Origin: Isurus oxyrinchus
Lineage: Eukaryota
Assembly (NCBI GenBank): GCA_026770705.1
Contig: JANJGN010000035.1
Location: forward strand, 7,750,001 to 7,814,000
Reading direction: 5' to 3'
Length of the DNA: 64,000 nucleotides
In this document: positions 52,601-64,000 of the stretch, in pieces
Position numbering within the stretch: the first letter of the stretch is position 1
Layout: every line of letters begins with the position of its first letter
The notes under the pieces: generated by a model
Seen by the model: only the letters and a program-made list of their open reading frames with translations
Database searches by the model: none
Told to the model about the DNA's origin: nothing
Translations under genes and position numbers: made by a program

Positions 52601-54759
52601 TTACAGTTGAATGTTATATCTTAAAGCCGAATGTGTGTTGAAAGCTAGTGCTGAATTCATTTGCTTTCTTCTTCAGAGTAATATGATGCATATAGTACAG
52701 GAGCTGTGCAAGAGACCCGGGCTGAACAAATCAGGCTTTGTCAAGCAGGCCATCTATATTCCAGATCTAAGCAACGTAGGCTTGTCTGTTTCCATATCAA
52801 TAAGTGTGCAAGGCTGACAGAATGAGTTTTTAAACAGGCAGTGCAGACCACTCGTTATGTATATTTTTGATTACTTCCTGGTAGGAGTCTCGTGGCCTGA
52901 GGACCGTCAACAATATGATGGATTCAAATGGAGGTAATTCGGAAGTTGCATCCTGACCGGCTCTGGGAAGGGTGTCTCATCTTAGTGAGCATGTAGACTT
53001 ATTTGAACGAGATGAAGAATTGTCAAACGAGTTGCATACAACAACATAATCCGTGGAAACAGGTAATTTAAATCATTTTAAAGTCTGTTCTTCCAAAATA
53101 TAAATGTTTTCTCTTCCCATGAGGGAAGAGGGCAGCGACCATATCTTTGAATCACAGGTACCAGAAATGACGTGTATCTTAAGTGAAGTCAACTGGCCAA
53201 TGCCACTTAATTGATTCAATCTTTTGGAAGGGTGGGGGGGGGGGGGGGGGGTTGGTGTGTGGTGGCGGTGGATTGGGGGGGGGGGGGGGGATTTTGAAGA
53301 AGAACCCAACGGGGATCCCTGGATCCCTGCCAAGGGTGGATGAATGCGGCTTGAAGGTATTTGGAGCTGCTTGTTGCTTTTGCTTTACATTTTGTAACAT
53401 CTTTGAAGGCAGCAGAGCACTTTAGAAGAAATGACTGTGAGTTGCGCCAGTGCATTCTGCAACACATTCATGCAGGAGCTGCATCAGTAGGTATTAGAGC
53501 AGCGAAAACTAATTCTAAATCCGGCTAATTTATGAAAGCATCTCACTGTAGAGATTTGCATCATTTTTTTTAAACAGCGGTGTGATGCATTTCTTTGGAT
53601 TCCAGGCACGTGCTTATAATGTAGGAGCGCACATTCATGGATGAAAAACGGGGAGGGAAGTTTGTGTCATAATGAATAAATCATTGAAACTCCACATGCC
53701 TTGCTGTACGAACTATTGGTGTGATAAAAACCGATTGATTTTCCAAACTACATTTGCACAGTATGAACTACGCTCCTTATAAAAACATTGTGATAAGGCT
53801 CCACGTGGACCAAGCATTCAGTTTTACAAGGCCAACAGGTGTGGGATTGGAAGGCTGGTGATGATATTCGGAAGGAGAATGACCAAAATAGCAACAAATC
53901 TTAAGGTTCCCTGGGATCAGGAACGAGGGTGCTTATTAAATTTCCAAAAATGAATTTTTACCTCAGTGAATGTATTATTCATAATTTTGAAAAAGGCATG
54001 CCATTTTCAAATTTAGTTTTCAAAGAGTCCTTGGTTTCTATAACCTTAATAGTACTTCTCTAGGCAAAAGCCTTTTGAATTTTCTAGCCGTTAGATGCAT
54101 TTTGAACTTCAGCATTTAATATAGTGTAAAGTTTGTGCCTCTGTAAAACAGACCCTACGCAGCCAACCTGATTTGTTTGGCGTAGAAGCCATCGAAAATC
54201 ATCTAATATTTCCAATGTCGCATTATAGACAGCATTTACATTTCCCGTTCTCCCTTAATTTGGTGGTACCTTAGGTTCTACGACTTCACAATGAATTGCC
54301 AATAGTAGTACTGGATAAGAGGCATTTTAATTAAGGATCGTTAGGATGAGAAAATTATGTTGTCTTTGTTCTGTTTTCTATGGATGTCGAAATCATTTGG
54401 ACTGCCACCCAATACCGTTTGTCAATCAGATGCAAGGAGTCTGCAGAACAATGAAAAAGACGATCAGTCGATCAGTTGAAAACACGCCTAATCAGCTTGA
54501 GAATTACTGCGAATTTATCATCAACACAACTAGATGCCAGTTCCAGGAGAACAGATGATATTTTAACATATTTTCTATTCAGGGTATGCATTATACTCAG
54601 TGAACAAAGAAATATTAAAAAGGTTGCTTAAAGTGGTGCAAGAAAATACAATATAATAATGAAAGAAGGGAAAGCGACAAACAGTCTGCACTATATAATT
54701 AGCAAGAAACTTGAAAATGCACTCTCCAGGCAAGTGCAAACTATGGCATTACGCTCGTT

Positions 54760-57260
54760 ATTTCGCATTGTACTTGAAGCGGACGCTTAGGAGAAACAGG
54801 AGGTGAGTACTTGGCTCTTGTTTACTAGCTCCTGATATTTACTTAAGCTGCCGAATGCGGATGGCTGGTCAATGTAATTTTTAACTCAATGGTGACTCTC
54901 CAAGATGCTGCCTCTTAGTGATCGATCGATGGAAATTGCCTTGAGTATGAATGGGCAAGTTTAAGGCGTCTCGTCACGGAATGATAATTGTCTTGCACTT
55001 GCCTGGTTCGAATGTTCATTGTCAGTTTTCAACGAAAGTCTGAATATTGCCCAGGCCTTCTTGACCCTAAACCAAAAAATAAAATGCTCTTAACTACCTC
55101 AGGAATCAGGATGGCATTGAACAGATTGATATTAGTAGTCAAGTCCTCATTTCTCTCCTTTTTATAGAGCGAATATTGCTGATGAAACAATTGAAGATGT
55201 TTGGACGTGGAACAGGTCTATGATAAAATGCTGCAGCAAAGAAATGGAGCTCGAATGTTTCACCGAAGCATTGCCATTTTCCTGTCTCTTCTGTAATACT
55301 CCAGGCAGCAAAGGAATCCAGTTAGACGATTCCCTGATCTCCATTCACTTTAATTATACCAGGGCTCCTTCATGCCAAACACCTTCAAACGTCCCCGACA
55401 ACACGTTTCCCCCTTCCCCGCCCCTTTGATGTCAAGGGCACTCAGCTGCCCATCACATCTTGAATTGTAGTATTTTTTTAATGTTTGCAACATGATTGTA
55501 ACCAAATCAGTATTGGAGTGATTTTGACTGAACCAAACCAGATAGCAATTTTTTGTTTTGTAAATGCAGTTTGATAGCAATGCCATCGGTGCCGCATGCC
55601 ACAGTCTTGATGATTGAGAAATGGCAGATGGGGCGATACTTTTTCATTTAGATTTTGCCCGGGTTTCAGTGGAAAGGTCATACCAGAGAAACGTTTTCTC
55701 CAAGTTGCCGGGTGTAGGCCGGTGTAGTAGCAGCACTAGAACATCTTCTCAGTTCTGCCGCAGAAGTATTCAGTGTGATGTCTAGTATGGTTTTAGAGTG
55801 CGGTTTGTTTGCTTCTTCCAGTCCATTCGGCTTGTTGCTGCCAGCCCGTGTTATAATTTTATTTAGCTAAATACAGGAATTTGTGAATCTTTGAAACTCA
55901 TATGGAAGCTGAGTTAGCTCATGAACGCAAAACCTCTGACTAAAGATGGCTGCAAAAGTTTCAGCCTTCTTTTTTCTTATAGAAGTGTGTTGCTCGACAA
56001 TTAAGGATGGCAGTACTTTAGTGCCCCGCCACCCCCACCCCTTTTGTCACAATCACCCACTTTCTTCAGTTAGATATTTAATTGCCGACAACGATTCTTT
56101 ACTGGATGTGACATTACTACATTTTTTGAGCTGATCCATTCGTTGCTGTATTACCTATCTCAGTTATGTTTAGTTCGATATCTGAGCAATTGGTATGTGG
56201 TCATGTCGATGTATTGTCATTCGCCTGATACTCCAGGGACAAGCGTTTGTATCCCAAAACGACAGATGGTGGAATTTGAATTCAATAAAAATATGGAATT
56301 ACAATTATTTAATGACTGTGAAACCATTTCTGATTGTCCCTAAAACCCAAGTGGTTCACATATGTACTTTAACTCTGCCACCCTTACCTGGGCTAGCCTA
56401 CATGTGACTCCAGGCCCACATCAATGAAACTCAAAGCCCTCTAAACAGTGCAATTCGGGATGTACAATCAAGTTTTACCTGGTCAACATAGCCCACCTCC
56501 GATGAACGAAAAAATAAATAGATTTGTTTTTGTTTAGCCACATTGAGACTGCCATTTAACCAGGAATGATTCCTGCCTTTATCTTAATTATGTAGTGAAT
56601 AATATGTCCGATGATGATGTTAGAAATTGTGGGGTAAAATGTATCTTACGATCCTGAACCGCTGAGCTTCAGCGATGCCAAGTTTTCAACTACTAGATCT
56701 TTTCTGAATCGAACCAGTTCGGGAAGTACTTAGATCCATCGATGTTGGTCGATTAATCATGGAGAGGTCAACCAGCTTTTTTCCATCCTGCTCTCTTCCT
56801 CACCAACTGCGACAAGCACAGTGTAGCAAATAAGCTCTTCATGAGTAGACCAGCTCAATCAGTTGTGGTGGTATCACGATATCATTTATAAAAGGAATTG
56901 ATCTCCTGTGTCCTGAACCCATTAAGTGTCCTTGATGTCCTCCGTTCCTTTGTCTAACGTATATATGACCTAACGTCATGAAAAGTCGTGGGATCGTGAT
57001 GCAACTTCAATGATCAACAGGGAAATACTTTCAGAAAGAAATGAACCTCTGTGGCACGACCTTTGGCGAGTATGCCCTGTACGATGGACAGTCATGATAA
57101 ACAGTGAGACTATGACCATGGCTGTCAAAGCGGATTCGAAAGGAATGAATACATGAATTGGATCATTAATTTCTCGATGACAGATTTGTCCAATTTTGGA
57201 ACATTTGTCTTTGGCTGCACTTGCAGATCGCTGTTGGATGGATCGTCCGTCTTGAATTCT
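54760..57260 (-). mobile_element. Decayed CR1/L2-group LINE (EN plus RT)
   Basis: Minus frame FSQNHSNTDLVT..SALDIKGA (RT domains 2-3). The EN region at 56530-57260 is collinear with 60020-60300. Confidence 0.8.
56215..56520 (+). mobile_element. SINE inserted in the LINE
   Basis: GGTGGAATTTGAATTCAATAAA..CCTACATGTGACTCCAGGCCCAC..A-rich end. Reverse-complement homologs at 62100-62410 and 63705-64000. Confidence 0.75.
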
Positions 57261-57979
57261 TCTTCATTTTTCCCCTGAAGTTTACAAATTGAAAGGGCAT
57301 TTCAGAGATGATTAATTGTCAACCGCGTCTTCTGGTCCAAAGCGACACACAATGAAATGCACGCAGGTTCACTACCTGATGGATATCAATAAATTTATTT
57401 AGCAGATATGAGAATTTGGCAGTTATATAGTCCAAACTGTTGTGATGGAACTTTAACTAGCAGAGTTCCAACACAGGGCCCGTGGATTGCGACTTCACTT
57501 CCCCCATGAGCACAGACCGTCGACTTACCTCCGCCCTGACTATGATCACGACCAATCCCAAAGGACTGTCCTCCTCCAACGCAGGACCACAAACCCTCAC
57601 GTTTCTTTCAGGACCTCCCACCTCCTGGTTTTAGGACTCCAGAACAAACAACGGGATCTGCACCACTGCAAGCTGTGATTTCAAACTTTACCCCTGGACT
57701 TCGGGCAACCACAGAATAGACACCCCTAAGACCGAATCCGATCGCATGACACCCACAGAAATTGCGTGCTCACAACTCTACCACTTCCCCGCCCCCCCAA
57801 ACACCCCCCACCCCCCCCCCCCCCCCCCACCCCCCACCCAACCCAGCCCCTATTGCCGGTTCAAGTCAGGTTAGACCGTTAAACGGCACCGCTCAGCTGT
57901 AGGTATCAGCTGATCACTAATGGAACCTTGAAGGGAAAACAACTGTGGACCAGTTGGCATTTTACTGTCCAAGTCATGT

Positions 57980-60300
57980 TTCATTCATTTATAGTGGGTG
58001 ACCTTCGCTGACTGGACCAGCATTTATTGTCTATACCTTGGTGACTTTCAGATGGTGGTGATGGGATGTCTTCTATAGCTGCTGCGGTCCATGACGTCCA
58101 GGTACATAAATAGTGTTTTGATGATAATAAATTACGTATTTCTACACAGTGACAGTGAATTAACAGCGATATAATTCCCATTCAGGTTCCTGAGCGAAAT
58201 GGAAGGGAAATTCCAGCTAGTGCTATTGCAAACTATTTCATTCCTTTGTGGATTATATGGTAGTTGTCATGGGTTTGCAAGATGCTTTCAAAGGAGTCTT
58301 GTGGAATTCCTGATGTTTATGTGATAAACGGTTCACATTGCTGCTCCTGCACGTCGGTGGCAGAGGGTGTGAATAGTTGTAGATGTTGTAGAAATCATGC
58401 GGGCTGTTTGGCACTAGATGGTGCCAAGCTTATTGAGGCTTATGGGAGCTGCACTCAGGCAGGAATTTAGGCAGTACTCCATCGCACTAATGCATTGTGC
58501 TTGGTAGATGCAATCAGTCTTTCAGGAGTGAAGGGTGTATTTACTGCTGGCACATTGCTTAACATCTGAAATGATCCGGTAGCCAAAGCACTTACATGGC
58601 TATTCCAGTTCAGTTTTCGTTCAATGGTAAACCCCACGAAATTGACATTGAGAGACTCATTAACGGTACTCCAATTGAATATTAAGGGGCAGTGGTTGTA
58701 GTCTCACCTGTTGGTGATGGTGACTGCCTGGCATTTGTGTGGCGTGAATATTACTTGCAAATTGTCATCCCAAGACTGGTTATTATCAGTTATCTATGTA
58801 TTTTGTCATGGAATGCTTCAGTCTGTATGGAGACGTGAATGGCGCTGAACCTTCTGTAAACATCAAGAACATCCCCACTTCTGACCCTATGAAGGAAGGA
58901 AGTTAATTGATGAAGCTGCTAAAGATGGTTGGGCCAAGGACGTTACCCTCAGGAAATACGGCAGTCATGTCCTGGAGCTGAGGTGACTGACAACCAACAA
59001 GCACAACCGCCTCCATTCTGTTAGGTTCTGAGTGCAACCAGCGGACAATTTGCTTCATGATTCCCATTGGATCGTGTCCTGCTCATCCTCCTTGTTGCCA
59101 CAATCGGTCAAATGTTGACTTGATGTTAAGGGCTTTATTTATAATCTCACCTCGTGAGTGCAGCCCTTTGCCTATGTTCAAAGCCTGATTCTAATGAGGT
59201 CCGGACCTGAGTGGCCCTGTCGAAACCCAAACTCGGCAGTGAGCAGGTTATTGCTAAGTAAGTGATGCTTGACAACATTGCTGATGGGCCTTCCATTACT
59301 TTGTTCATGATCGAGAGTAGACTGATAGGGTAATTGGCTCAAAACAAAAACAGAATTACCTGCAAAAACTCAGCAGGTCTGGCAGCATCGGCGGAGAAGA
59401 AAAGAGTTGACGTTTTGAGTCCTCATGACCCTTCGACAGAACTACGTTGACGTTTCGAGTCCTCATGACCCTTCGATATAACATGGAAAATTGGCTGTTT
59501 TGGTTTTGTCTTGTTTTTTGTGTGCACAACACACATGGTCAAGTTTCCACATAGCTGGGTGAATGCCACCGTTGTAGATGTACAGGGACAGCTTGGCTAG
59601 GGGTGCTGCAAGTTCTTGAGCACAAATCGACAGTGTCATTGTCGGAATGTTGTTATGGTCCATAGCCTTCAGCTCTTTGGTGATATGATGTGGAGTGAAC
59701 TGAAGCGGCTGAAGACTTTCATCAGTGATGCTGGGCAACTCTGGATGACGCACAAAGTTATCTTCAAGTCGTCACTCCTGCCATTAGGGTGTAGCAAATG
59801 GAACGGCCTAATCCTTTCCACTGATGTGTTGGACTCCTCTATCATTGAGAATGGGGTTAATTGAGAAGCTTACCACTCATTGCGTTGTTTGCTTTTCAAC
59901 AAGCATTCACGACTAGATGTGACAGGACTGCGGAGTTTTGATCAGATCCGTTGATTGTGGAATCGCTTAGGCATGTCCATCACTTGCTGCTCATGCTGTT
60001 TGGCACGCACGTGGAGCTGCGTTCGACCTGAAGCCTTGAGACTCCATGGGGTGGAGAATCGATTCTTTCAATTCCCTTTGCGAGTCACCCCTGCCTCTAT
60101 ATGACTCTGTCAACACGTATGCTGGGCCCGCCATCTGGTTGGATAAAACTCACTTTAAGAGTTGGTGATGATGGCTCCTGGACCATTTTAACAATTGTTT
60201 GATACCATGAGGATGCCTATCGCAGGCTGGTGCTTGATGATACTGTGAGAGCGCAGCCCCAATTCTGCCACTATTCTGAAACTCTGCACTCGGCTGCATT
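57980..60300 (-). mobile_element. Decayed CR1/L2-group LINE (3' tail, RT, partial EN)
   Basis: SLQPLQFTPHHI..NNIPTMTLSICAQELAAPLAKL..HPAMWK..HKKQDK..AN (RT N-terminus). PEGNVLGPTIFSSFIN (RT domain 4, ~58905-58952). Confidence 0.88.
59341..59480 (-). mobile_element. Solo Penelope-like tail with a tandemly duplicated hammerhead-like core
   Basis: Near-identical to the reverse complement of 35533-35632. A 31-bp unit is repeated at 59406-59436 and 59446-59476. AATTGGCT occurs on both flanks. Confidence 0.92.
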
Positions 60301-62099
60301 TGACAAATTCGCCCTATCAAGCCTGTAATTTAAAAAAGTGAGTTTCACACTTGACGTTATTCTTAGGTTGAAGGCGTCTTTCTGCTTTCAGCCCTTATTC
60401 TCGTCCTCTGCGCACTTGTTATTTGTCTCAACCAACATGTAAATAGACATTTAAATAATGTGGGCGAGTTCCCAAAGTTTTGACCCACAAGGCCAATATA
60501 GTTGTTGTTCACATGTACTGGGTTGTAGAACAGGAGGACAAGCAGAGCTTGGTTAAAGACTTCCTGAACACATCCATTCATTTAGCAAGAATGCCCCCGG
60601 CTTCCAGTTTCCTGTGATTTTATTTTCCAAGACTATTGTTCGTTGAATGTATCACCAGTGTTTTACAGTGTCCGACTGCTTCCGAATAAAAGAACAGCAG
60701 CTGCACCCGAACTTGCAATTAAGCACTTTACAAGATTCCAGACTCAGCACCGTGATCAAAATTTTCAGTTATTAACAGCAGCCTAAATATTTTGGAAATG
60801 AACTGTAGTAATTATTGTGGTATTTGCCACTTTCAGCAGCTCTGACCCCATCTTTTGCTAGGCTTGCGGTGCTCCATTATCAACTTATTTGGCGCTGGAA
60901 CATCATAATGTTTGTGAACATATCTTTTCTGCCTTCACTTTCCACAGGTGAAAGCTTTAGACATCTCCTGCCACTCCACCCCTCCATCCTTCTGTGCAAG
61001 CATAATGTTTGTCAAATAACTGCTGGTTTCAGGTTATGCGACCTGAATACGTGATTCAATATATTCTCTCCGCTGATGCCTTTGATCATATGACTGTTTT
61101 CAGCTTTTAAAGTGTGAATCGTTTATTGCACTAAATCTAGGATTGTTTCAGGGCACAAGGTCCAAGGATCTTGTTTTCTATGACTTCTCTAAACTTCTTA
61201 TATGTCAATCTGTGCAGCACTGCAGATGCAGAATTCGGCTATCAATTAATGGCGATTTATTTGCCCCTGGCATCATTCTTGTCACAATATGTGTGGATCA
61301 TCATTATGTGGAAGACGCATGATGTCAGTAAGCAAAACTGTCCTAAGCCGATGGAGGGGATTTGAGTGTTCAATGGGCTTCATTGCAGAAGATATTTTAC
61401 TTAACATGTACACTAACTTGTGCATGCCCTGGGAAATAAATTACACATTTACTCATCTACAAATGAACTGAACTCTTCACCAAATCTTAGTGTCTCTGTG
61501 CCAGGAGTGTTTAATCGGGAAATTTAGAGGAAACTTACATGTGTGCATGGTTATCTAGCTTTAATGGAACTCTTACTTGGTTGACGTGGGTCGTGTGGCT
61601 ATTTTATTGAGCTAATTAGAAGGACAATATAATCAGTGACACTTTTAAAAATATAGCACTACGAAAATACACTGAGGCCAGTGAGGATGAACAGAAAGAT
61701 CAGATACATAGCTCTGACTAGGAATGGAAGTCAGGAGGAATTGGGAAAAATGAAGAAAATATATATAACGATAGATATAAAGACTAAGGGACAGGCGTAG
61801 AAAATGGAACATAGGGAGCAACAGAAATATAGAGACAGATGCGTAAATGGCATTAGGCACGTAGGTCATGCGTTTCTTCCTTGGTGAATGGTCACTGGGC
61901 AGAAGGACCTCGTCTGCACAGTGTGATTCTGTAACACTGAGAAAGGGGCAGATAGGACTCTGCAGAGAGATGGGTGAGCGAGAAAGAGCCAGCGAGATCG
62001 ATCTTTGCTGATTTTGAATATTATCTCTTCTAAGTGTGTGAATCAGGAATTATTTCAATCAATATCACTTTTTAAGTTCAGCAGAGGTTTTTCTTTTCT

Positions 62100-62412
62100 T
62101 TCATGGAATGTGTACGACATGATTTCCCATCCCTATTTACCTTTGTTTGGAGGACAATTAAGAGTTAACCACAGTTCTGTGGGTCTGGAGTCACACGGAG
62201 GCCAATCAGGGCGGCAGATATCCTTCCCAAAAGGACATTTGCGAAGCTGATTTTTTTTGTAACAAATGGAAATGCTCTTCCTTAGAACCTTAATTCCAGG
62301 TGCATATTTAATTCAAATTCTAGTAACGGCTTCGGCGAAGATTGGAACCCAGGTCCCAATGTCATTGCACTACGCCTCTGGATTAGTAGTCTAGTGATTA
62401 TGTAACTCGGCC
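62100..62412 (-). mobile_element. SINE (same family as 56215-56520)
   Basis: GTGGGTCTGGAGTCACA..AATTCAAATT..GGAACCCAGGTCCC..CTCTGGATTAGTAGTC. Confidence 0.75.
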
Positions 62413-63704
62413 AACTCTCTCCCCTTTCACCAATCGATAATTGTAGGTTTTATCCTCAAATTGCAAATAATCGTTAAGGAATTAACTTTGGAGAATGTTT
62501 GCAGTTTTTGTTTGACAGCAGCATAATAATTATGGCCTGTGGCTGAGAATAGCGAGCAACCGCTCACTGTCGCACGGTACGCAGATCAGCTCTTAATTTT
62601 TTGTCTCGAGTTTTCAGCATCCAACCCACCTTATCGATGGAGGAGTAAAAACAACTGGGAGCAATTCATGATTAATCCCAATGTGTTATGTTGGAGAATA
62701 AGGTCACTGTTTGCGTTTCCCCTCTTACTACTCTGATTCGATGTATCCTTCTGTCTTCCCTATATCCACTACAGCATTAAATTCCGAAGCATTCCTCCTG
62801 CACACATGCGTCTTTCCACAATGTTTATCACAATATATTGCATTTATATATTTCATTTTATAAAACTTTTTTTTTTCTTTGCAGACGCCGTTCTATGAAA
62901 TGTATATTTATCAGTTTGTCTCGGAAAACGAAATGAGGAAAAGCATTAATAGAAAGGTCCAGCATGGAGAAAATAACATTATGCAGTGACTAACTTGGAT
63001 CGTCTATAATAGTATATGCCACATGTAGGTATAAAGTACTGGAAACACTTTGTTCGATTAATCTGAGCTACCATACACAGACACACATCTAATTTCCAAC
63101 AGATGGCCATTAATTATTTTCAGATTTCTCTCACTGTGCCCATAATACCACAGGCAAGACATTCATCTAGCACCATAGATGGCACACTCAAACATTCCTG
63201 AACAATGTTTTGGTCTATTTCAAAGGACTCATATCATCAGTATTTTGTAATCTTCACCTGCCAAACACAGACCTAACTTTATGTAAATTGGAAGCAACAA
63301 CGTTGAACTCAATAAATCATAAACAAGTGATGCAATTCTTGCTCATAATTTGATCATTTGAGAGACTTATTTTTTTCCATTATATTGAGCCGGCATGCAG
63401 TAACAAACCCCCTGAAAAACGGGATTAACTTTGCCTTGCAAAACACCTACAGGAAGGAAAAATTATGTTTTTCACTTCTGTAATAGTAATTTCTGTGAAT
63501 TCTTCCTCTCGGATTTTGAAGTGGGTTAAAACATGCAGGATCCCCAGACTCGAAATGCACATGATTTAATAATATGTGATCAGCAGTCCCAGGATGTTGA
63601 TAATGGAGGCATTCTGTAAGTGCAATACAATTGAACGTCAAGGGTGATGTTTAGATAGCTTCATTTTTGTCAATGCTCACTCACATCGTGCCAGTGCTAT
63701 TGCG

Positions 63705-64000
63705 ATGAGTTTTGGTCAGCATTTATTGCCCGTCCCGAAGTGTCATTGTTCACAGGACATTTAAGAGTCAACCTCGGTGTTGTGGGTTAGGATTCAAATG
63801 TAGGTCTGATCAAGTGAGGGCAGATATTTCCCTTCCCTCATGGGGTATTAGTGAATCAGGTGTTTATTTTTCTAACAAACAGTACATGTTATAAATATCG
63901 GGATTTTAACTTAATATTCGATTGAATTCAAATTCCTCAATTAGCCGTTTTGAGAGCCAAACCTCAGTCACCAGGTTATTACGCTGGGCCGCTGGAGAAC
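63705..64000 (-). mobile_element. SINE (same family), running to the window edge
   Basis: CAGCATTTATTGCCC..TTAAGAGTCAACC..GCAGATATTTCCCTTCCC..TTGAATTCAAATTCC. Confidence 0.72.

Noticed and set aside
53231-53290. Poly-G/poly-C runs (also 35405-35440, 44581-44600) and the Gly/Pro-rich ORFs over them
   Set aside because: Simple homopolymer tracts, partly within element tails. Their lengths may be unreliable.
59406-59476. 31-bp direct repeat as a mini CRISPR array
   Set aside because: Only two units with a 9-bp gap, in a eukaryotic retroelement context. Explained by the Penelope tail.
62866-62950. Strong splice-acceptor-like T-tract followed by GCAG
   Set aside because: All three downstream frames close within about 22 codons and no partner exon is evident. 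It cannot be supported without RNA data.

Overview
Eukaryotic, repeat-dominated DNA with no intact host gene, RNA gene or CRISPR array that I can support. The repeat inventory (CR1 LINEs, a second CR1/L2-group LINE with partner SINEs, Neptune-type Penelope-like elements, Gmr1-type Gypsy elements) points by inference to a cartilaginous fish such as a shark. Positions 1-32.5 kb form an old, diverged tandem array of four units, each with linker module A, a decayed minus-strand CR1 (B) and an unidentified module C. Younger CR1 insertions and a fold-back inversion with a perfect 78-bp inverted repeat interrupt the array. Positions 33-64 kb hold nested retroelements. The most notable signal is a minimal hammerhead-ribozyme-like motif in the Penelope-like 3' tails: all four full copies have U instead of the conserved A at core position 6, and one solo tail carries a tandem duplication of the core. 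All calls come from reading the sequence by eye. Boundaries of decayed elements are approximate (about +/-50-100 bp), and most listed ORFs are antisense or broken retroelement frames.
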